DNA of 64,000 nt from Candidatus Collierbacteria bacterium RIFOXYD2_FULL_45_13. GTDB taxonomy: Bacteria > Patescibacteriota > Microgenomatia > UBA1400 > MFAQ01. Under the pieces are notes generated by a model. That model made no database searches and was not told the DNA's origin. It saw only the letters and a list, made by a program, of their open reading frames with translations. The translations under genes were made by a program, and so were the position numbers. Below are positions 58,002 to 64,000 of the stretch, one piece after another. Within the stretch, counting starts at the first letter, position 1; each line of letters starts with the position of its first letter. The stretch covers positions 479,557-543,556 of the forward strand of contig MFAS01000001.1 in assembly GCA_001774685.1 (NCBI GenBank), in the 5' to 3' direction.

Positions 58002-59666
58002 ATGAAGAAATACTTACTCTTAATTACCGCTCTAGTCATTGGCGCTTTCCTCCGCCTTTGGATGCTTTCTTCGGTTCCCAACGGACTAACCTGGGACGAG
58101 GCCGCCATTGGCTACAACGCCTACTCTCTTTTGAAGACCGGGCGCGATGAGCATGGCGCCATATTACCCATTGTTTTCAAAAGTTTTGGTGATTTCAAAC
58201 CTGGTGCTTACATTTACCTGACAGTACCATCGGTGGCCATCTTTGGTCTAAATGAGTTTGCTGTGCGTTTCCCCAGTGCTCTTGCCGGCATCCTAGCTAT
58301 TTGGGGTATTTATCTCCTAACTCGCGAAATCTTCGCAACCTTTGCAAAAGAACACAGTAACCAATTGGCTTCCTTTGCCGCCCTCGCCTTGGCCTTGTCA
58401 CCTTGGCATGTACATTTTAGTCACGGAGCTTGGGAGGTTAACGTTTTCACCACCCTGACCATCTTCGCCCTTTACTACTTTCTCAGGTTTGTCAAAGGCA
58501 AGTCCACACTCTATCCCACGCTCTTCTTCGCTTGTTTCTCGCTTGCCATGTATCAAGCGGCCAAACTTTTGACACCCCTAGTGTACTTACTTTTTGTCAT
58601 CCCTTTCTGGAAAGAGTTCTGGTATCAGCTGACCCCATATTTCAAGCCCAAAAAAATTCTACTAACTTCCCCCTTTATTCTATTTGGTCTCTGGATCTTC
58701 TTTGGTTCGTTGTTCGGTAGCGCGGGCAACCGACTGACCACCCTGAGTATCTTCAACTACAAACCAGGAATATCCGCCGAAACGAAGGCCATAGACAATC
58801 AAAATCCGGTTACTTTAGATCTGTTTCATAACCAAAAAGAGCTTTCTACCAGACTTGTTCTTTCCCGCTACTTGTATCACTTTTCACCGGAGGTCCTTTT
58901 CTATGAAGGCCCCATTGTCTCCGAGAGAGGCCATCTCCCTGGTCTCGGGGTCCTTAATCCCTTAGAGTTCATCTGGTTAGTAATTGGTTTTATCTGGCTG
59001 GTCAAAAGTCTCTCCCCTGGAAGTCACGACACACCGGACAGATCCACCGCCTTGGTTTTGGGGTTGCTTCTCGTCGCCCCCATTCCTGCTTCGTTGACCC
59101 TAGCCGAATTTTCTACCGTTCGAGCACTATTCATGGCCGTCCCTCTAGCCATGATCTCAGGCGTCGGTATCTACTATCTATATACAAACTCGAAAATATT
59201 TTTCTCCCTTTTCGCCGGTGTCTATATACTTTGCACCATATATGTTTTTGATAACTATTTCTTTCACTCCCAAACCGTTTTCGCCAAGGAGTTCAACTAC
59301 GGCTACAAACAAGTAATTCAAATAATCAAAGAAAATCCAACCAAACGAGTAGTCTTTACCGATGTCTATGGCCAGCCATACATCTACTATGTGTTCTATA
59401 CGGCTTATGATCCTGCTACCTACCAAAAAAATAACGAATTTATCAGTGGTGGTTTGGATGTCGGCCGAGTGGATCACGTTGGGAATGTTGAGTTCCATCA
59501 ATTTGGCTCATCGGATATGATGACGCAACCAGACACCCTCTTTATCGGTTCCGAAGGGAATATTAATAACCAATTCGACATCGCCGGGCCAAAAGTTGAC
59601 CTTTTTAGACAAATCGAAACTCCGGACCATCACATTCTTTTCCGGGTCATTAAAACCAAACCTTAA
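58002..59666 (+). CDS. GT-C glycosyltransferase, array paralog 5
   Basis: LTWDEAAIGYNAYSLLKTGRDEHG, SFGDFKPG, SPWHVHFSHGAWE. Confidence 0.88.
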   Translation: MKKYLLLITALVIGAFLRLWMLSSVPNGLTWDEAAIGYNAYSLLKTGRDEHGAILPIVFKSFGDFKPGAYIYLTVPSVAIFGLNEFAVRFPSALAGILAIWGIYLLTREIFATFAKEHSNQLASFAALALALSPWHVHFSHGAWEVNVFTTLTIFALYYFLRFVKGKSTLYPTLFFACFSLAMYQAAKLLTPLVYLLFVIPFWKEFWYQLTPYFKPKKILLTSPFILFGLWIFFGSLFGSAGNRLTTLSIFNYKPGISAETKAIDNQNPVTLDLFHNQKELSTRLVLSRYLYHFSPEVLFYEGPIVSERGHLPGLGVLNPLEFIWLVIGFIWLVKSLSPGSHDTPDRSTALVLGLLLVAPIPASLTLAEFSTVRALFMAVPLAMISGVGIYYLYTNSKIFFSLFAGVYILCTIYVFDNYFFHSQTVFAKEFNYGYKQVIQIIKENPTKRVVFTDVYGQPYIYYVFYTAYDPATYQKNNEFISGGLDVGRVDHVGNVEFHQFGSSDMMTQPDTLFIGSEGNINNQFDIAGPKVDLFRQIETPDHHILFRVIKTKP

Positions 59667-61336
59667 TGAAAAAAAACCTTCCCATTATTCTTATCTTGAT
59701 ATTAGCCGCCGCTCTTAGACTCTTTGCTTTAGACAAGTTTCCTGCTGGACTAAATGCTGACGAGGCGGCCATCGGTTACAACGCTTGGTCTCTGATCCAG
59801 ACAGGGAAAGATGAACATGCCATGTCTTGGCCACTCGTGTTTCGGTCTTTTGATGACTACAAACCCCCAATTTATTTTTACCTAGTTGTTCCCTTTGTAA
59901 AAATTCTTGGACTAAATGTTTGGTCTGTCCGTCTCCCATCAGCTCTACTCGGCACAGCCACTGTTTATTTGCTGTACTTAGTGGTCTATCTTTTATTCAA
60001 GAAAAAAACTACCGACGAGTCCTGCCACATCAAAACAAATAATTTTGCACTGATAACTGCCCTTATTTTGGCAGTGTCCCCATGGCATCTACAGTTTTCT
60101 CGTGGAGGATGGGAAGTCAACGCTGCTTTGTTTTTTATCCTTTTGGGTATTTGGGGGTTTTTAAAAGGCTTGGAGAAGCCAAGATATTTCTTCTTATACG
60201 TCACTTCAATGGCCATCAGTCTTTATACTTATCACTCGGCCCGTGTAATTTCACCACTTATCTCTCTTACTCTGATCATTCTTTATTGGAAATCTCTTTT
60301 CCCAATTTCGTCGTTGCGCTTGCCCACCAAAACCTTTCTCCTTTCCTGTCTTGTTGGAGTTTTATTAGCTCTTCCCCTTGCCTCTCAATTATTATCCAAA
60401 GAAGGACAATCCCGCTTTACCGGTGTTTCAGTCTTTTCCGATACCGGCCCTCTTTGGCAAGCATTGGAGATGCGCCGAGCTCATCAGGGAGATACGGTCT
60501 ATGTCAAAGCTCTTCACAATCAATACCTTTCTTATGGTCTTAGATTCGTCAAGAATTACTTGTCTCATTTTTCACCCAGATTCCTATTTGTTACAGGGGA
60601 TGAAATTGCCAGAAGCAAAGTCCCCGAAATGGGACAAACCTACTTATTTCTGATCCCATTTTATTTTCTTGGTCTCTTTTCTCTTTTAAAGTTAGACTCC
60701 AAGGGCAAGGTATTCACTCTGGTTTGGATTTTGATCGCCCCACTCGCGGCCGCACTTACCTTCCAGTCCCCTCACGCCCTCAGGTCGCAGAACATGGTCA
60801 TTCCTCTGAGTATCATTTCCGGTTTGGGTTTTTCGGTGGTTCTCAATCTTTTATTCAGGTCCGGTAAAAAGTGGCTTGTAGGATCCATCTCCGCCCTCTT
60901 GCTCATTCTTGGTGGGTATTCGGTTGGCAGATACCTACATCTCTATTATGTTCACTACCCCAAAACACTACCTTATGCTTGGCAATACGGTTTTGACCAG
61001 ATTGCTGATTATGTGGGTCAGCAGTATTACAACTACGACCGAATCCTCATCTCCGACCGTTACGATCAGCCATATATCCTCATGGCATTTTTCCTGAAGT
61101 ATGATCCAAGAGTGCTTCAGCAAGAGCTGGTCATGACTCCCCGAGACAAGTTTGGCTTTTCCACTGTCAGAAAGTTCGGCAGGATGGAGTTCCGTCAGAT
61201 AAATTACCAGGAAGACAAAAAACTATCCAATACCCTTATAATCTCAGCTGATGAGCCGGTAGATGACAAGGCCGTTATTTATACCATAAACGACCCCGCC
61301 GGCCTCCCCATGTACAAATTCGTCTCCACCAAATGA
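59666..61336 (+). CDS. GT-C glycosyltransferase, array paralog 6
   Basis: LNADEAAIGYNAWSLIQTGKDEHA, SFDDYKPP, SPWHLQFSRGGWE. Confidence 0.88.
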   Translation: MKKNLPIILILILAAALRLFALDKFPAGLNADEAAIGYNAWSLIQTGKDEHAMSWPLVFRSFDDYKPPIYFYLVVPFVKILGLNVWSVRLPSALLGTATVYLLYLVVYLLFKKKTTDESCHIKTNNFALITALILAVSPWHLQFSRGGWEVNAALFFILLGIWGFLKGLEKPRYFFLYVTSMAISLYTYHSARVISPLISLTLIILYWKSLFPISSLRLPTKTFLLSCLVGVLLALPLASQLLSKEGQSRFTGVSVFSDTGPLWQALEMRRAHQGDTVYVKALHNQYLSYGLRFVKNYLSHFSPRFLFVTGDEIARSKVPEMGQTYLFLIPFYFLGLFSLLKLDSKGKVFTLVWILIAPLAAALTFQSPHALRSQNMVIPLSIISGLGFSVVLNLLFRSGKKWLVGSISALLLILGGYSVGRYLHLYYVHYPKTLPYAWQYGFDQIADYVGQQYYNYDRILISDRYDQPYILMAFFLKYDPRVLQQELVMTPRDKFGFSTVRKFGRMEFRQINYQEDKKLSNTLIISADEPVDDKAVIYTINDPAGLPMYKFVSTK

Positions 61337-62214
61337 AACCAAAACGACAAACTATCTCCGTCACCATGGCTTCGTTTAATAACGAGGACTGTATTACCGA
61401 TTGTCTTACTTCGGTGAAGGGTTGGGTCGATGAGATCATCGTGGTCGACGGCACCTCTACGGATAAGACAGCCGAGATTGCCAAAAAAACGGGTGCCAAA
61501 GTCCTGATTAGAGAAAACAATCCAGTTTTTCATATCCAGAAGAATATTGCCAATCAAGAAGCCAAATCCGACTGGATTCTTCAGCTGGACACAGACGAAC
61601 GAGTTACACCAGGAATGAAAAAAGAAATACTCGGTATTCTGGAAGGAAAATATTTTGGATATGATGGCTGGATCTCTCCCTTGCGGGCGTCAATTAACAA
61701 AATCGTCAAATTATTTCCGGAGCCAAACAAATTAACCCAACCTGCAGCAGCCTACTGGTTGCCCAGAAAAAACTTTTTTTTGAATCGATACCAAAAATAC
61801 GGTGGTCAGTACCCCGATCCGGTGATTCGTCTTTTTCAAAGAGGCAAAGCCGAGTTACCGGCCAAGGATGTCCACGAGCAAATGGTCGTCCGTGGAGTTA
61901 CCGGCTGGTTGGTATCGGACCTGGATCATTACGCCACCCCGACCTTCTCGCGATATTTACTCCGGGAAAATCGTTATTCAAGCTTGAAGGCTACTCAAAT
62001 GAAAGCCGCCGGAGTCAAAATCACAGTCTTTAATACCTTAAATTATTTATTTTTCAAACCTTTTGGCACCTTCTTTAGTCTCTACTTCCGTTACCGCGGT
62101 TTCCTGGATGGTTTTCCCGGTTTTGTTTTTTCACTCTACTCCGGTCTGCATCATGCTTTTTCCTATATGAAGCTCTGGGAATTATATAAAGATGAAGAAT
62201 ATGCCCACCGTTAA
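61333..62214 (+). CDS. GT2 glycosyltransferase
   Basis: VVDGTSTDKT, QKN, LDTDER, YPD..IRLF, VHEQ, GFLDGFPG. Confidence 0.9.
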   Translation: MKPKRQTISVTMASFNNEDCITDCLTSVKGWVDEIIVVDGTSTDKTAEIAKKTGAKVLIRENNPVFHIQKNIANQEAKSDWILQLDTDERVTPGMKKEILGILEGKYFGYDGWISPLRASINKIVKLFPEPNKLTQPAAAYWLPRKNFFLNRYQKYGGQYPDPVIRLFQRGKAELPAKDVHEQMVVRGVTGWLVSDLDHYATPTFSRYLLRENRYSSLKATQMKAAGVKITVFNTLNYLFFKPFGTFFSLYFRYRGFLDGFPGFVFSLYSGLHHAFSYMKLWELYKDEEYAHR

Positions 62215-63223
62215 AATCTATATCGCCGGCAGCGATCACTCTTCAGGTAGGGGAGTGGGCATCTATGCCGACCACTTAATTCAGTCTTTGGGCAAACTCT
62301 CTGACATCATATTGACAGATAAAGATCCGGATATTATTCACTACCCCTTTTTTGATCTTTTCTATCCAACTCTTCCACTAAAGAAAGAAAAACCAACCAT
62401 AGTCACCATCCACGATCTTACTCCACTGGTGATGTCCGACCGCTACCCGAAAGGAATTAGGGGAACTATCAATCTACTTCGACAGTGGTACTCACTGCGC
62501 TCTGTCTCCGCCATAATTACCGACTCCGAAAGCTCCAAGAGAGATATCGAAAAATATTTTCGCGTTTCCCCTGAAAAAATATTTGTTACCCCACTTGCCG
62601 TGGATGACGATTACAAGAAGTTGCCTTCAGCTTCAAAGCTGGCCGATGTTAAAGCAAAATATCACCTACCGGACAAGTTTGTTCTTACTTTGGCGGCTGG
62701 ACCAAACCCCAACAAGAATCTACCTTCACTGGCAGAAGTGACCGATCGGCTGGGAATCCCGCTGGTGATCGTTGGCAAAGGAATGCTCAAAGAAGTGGTC
62801 AAGCCGGTACACCCGGAGCTCATCGATCTAGTCCGTCTGCAGGTCTACAACCATGTGCTCTATCCAGGGTTTGTCAGCAACGAAGATTTCAGTGCAATGT
62901 TTCACCTGACCTCCCTCTATGCCCAACCTTCCTATTACGAAGGCTTTGGTTTACCGCTACTGGAGGCCATGACCTCCGGTTGTCTCATTGCTAGCTCCAA
63001 AACTTCCAGTTTGCCGGAGATATATCATGATGAAGCTATCACTTTTAATCCTCGGAAACTAAAATCTATGGAAAAAGCGATTAAAAAAGCCTTGAGTCTT
63101 TCCCCGTCAGCCAAAGCCAAACAAATTTCTCTGGCCAAAGATAAAGCCAAGACGTTTTCTTGGTCCAAAACCGCCAAGCTTACCCTCGATATCTACCAAA
63201 AATGTCTAGCCTCCGAAGTTTAA
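62192..63223 (+). CDS. GT4 glycosyltransferase (mannosyltransferase-like)
   Basis: RGVGIY, VTIHDL, PNKNL, PSYYEGFGLPLLEAM, FSWSKTA. Confidence 0.92.
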   Translation: MKNMPTVKIYIAGSDHSSGRGVGIYADHLIQSLGKLSDIILTDKDPDIIHYPFFDLFYPTLPLKKEKPTIVTIHDLTPLVMSDRYPKGIRGTINLLRQWYSLRSVSAIITDSESSKRDIEKYFRVSPEKIFVTPLAVDDDYKKLPSASKLADVKAKYHLPDKFVLTLAAGPNPNKNLPSLAEVTDRLGIPLVIVGKGMLKEVVKPVHPELIDLVRLQVYNHVLYPGFVSNEDFSAMFHLTSLYAQPSYYEGFGLPLLEAMTSGCLIASSKTSSLPEIYHDEAITFNPRKLKSMEKAIKKALSLSPSAKAKQISLAKDKAKTFSWSKTAKLTLDIYQKCLASEV

Positions 63224-63235
63224 CTAATTCATAAA

Positions 63236-63703
63236 ATGCCGACTTTAACGGAGATTGTGAACCATATTGTCGATAAGGGAAATGAAATGGTTACCGGTTC
63301 ATTTCCTCACGAACATTTTGTTCTCGACTTTGTGGCGATCTTCACCAAAGACGAAAATGAAAAAAATAGTCTGGAACATGAAATTAATAATTTGGGCAGC
63401 ATTGTTCATACTACCTCTACCGGTAATATTTACCGGCTAACATCACCACTCGAAACATCGGCAGGTAAAGTATTCTTAATTCAACTTCGCAACCCTGATA
63501 GTACTAGACCTCAAAGAGGGGAGCCGGATTTTAGGGTTAAGGATTATGAACAGTTCAAGCATAAATACGGTCAGCTCCCTGGCATGAGGTTAATCGAAAG
63601 ACCAGAATATGAAATGTTGGAACTGCGAGATCCCCAGTCAGATGTCTTAGTTTATTTTCCGAACAAGCCACTAGGTCTAGAGTTGGGAGTTGATGGCCAA
63701 TGA
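63236..63703 (+). CDS. Hypothetical protein, possibly VOC/YecM-like fold
   Basis: 155-aa ORF; LDFVAIF...IYRLTSPL...LIQLRNP...GEPDF loosely resembles YecM. Confidence 0.5.
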   Translation: MPTLTEIVNHIVDKGNEMVTGSFPHEHFVLDFVAIFTKDENEKNSLEHEINNLGSIVHTTSTGNIYRLTSPLETSAGKVFLIQLRNPDSTRPQRGEPDFRVKDYEQFKHKYGQLPGMRLIERPEYEMLELRDPQSDVLVYFPNKPLGLELGVDGQ

Positions 63704-63708
63704 CGATC

Positions 63709-63999
63709 TTACAACTTTTTTACTAGCGCAAAATATTCCATGAAAATTTGATAAGTGACGGTATCTCTTGGCGCGTTTGGGTCAGTCAAAAACCGGAAGG
63801 CTAGATTCTTATACTGCCTAACAGCCTTGGAAGATAAAAAAGATGATAAGCGCTTTGAGGTTAGTTCAATGAAATATTTCACTTCTGTTTCCAAAATTAG
63901 CTTCTCGATGCTCACACGATCTTCCTCTTCGCGCCCATCTCTAATTGCATCAATACCATATCTTCCCATCTCCATAAGCAGTCGATCTTTATACTCAAA
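63709..63999 (-). CDS. Hypothetical protein, 3' end only (starts beyond the window)
   Basis: Frame open from 63999 to the stop at 63709; convergent with 63236-63703. Confidence 0.5.
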   Translation of the reverse strand, partial: FEYKDRLLMEMGRYGIDAIRDGREEEDRVSIEKLILETEVKYFIELTSKRLSSFLSSKAVRQYKNLAFRFLTDPNAPRDTVTYQIFMEYFALVKKL

Positions 64000-64000
64000 G

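Noticed and set aside
59008-59048. SPGSHDTPDRS loop as another inserted element
   Set aside because: Looks like an insertion, but there is no clear palindrome or second copy in the window.
1-64000. tRNA, rRNA, IS elements or stop-codon reassignment
   Set aside because: Intergenic gaps are nearly all under about 100 bp with no cloverleaf or transposase recognised; TGA terminates many well-defined genes, consistent with code 11.

Overview
Gene-dense bacterial window (genetic code 11), about 95% on the + strand, devoted almost entirely to the cell surface. Gene content and style suggest a Patescibacteria/CPR genome, probably Microgenomates; this is inference, with no marker gene in the window. 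Layout: (1) 1-4.7 kb: a 5'-truncated giant Cna-B/SdrD-B/DUF11 surface protein ending in LPATG, a second C-terminally anchored protein and a sortase. (2) 4.8-12.3 kb: a type IV pilus/T2SS-like operon with PilB, PilC, four minor pilins (one fused to a large propeller-like domain), a PilM/N-like protein and a major pilin. (3) 12.4-21.3 kb: MazG-like, CAP-domain, rmlABCD, PrsA-like, membrane-anchored SagB-type nitroreductase, trmD and a CDGSH protein. (4) 21.3-63.2 kb: a very large glycosylation region with about 15 GT-C-fold membrane glycosyltransferases (six close paralogs nearly in tandem), two N-terminally truncated 'half' paralogs, 9 GT2, 2 GT4, a Wzx flippase, Orn and NrnA, interrupted by a DUF4256 + TIR insert. 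Signals the annotation does not explain: DNA-level heptamer, octamer and REP-like elements inserted in frame into membrane-protein loops (one identical 27-mer is read in two different frames in one gene); pervasive -10 boxes 6-9 nt before start codons (leaderless style), including one palindromic bidirectional -10; and a standalone TIR gene with canonical promoter/SD signals that appears to lack the catalytic Glu. No rRNA, tRNA, CRISPR array or transposase was recognised. All family calls are by motif recognition by eye, not database searches.
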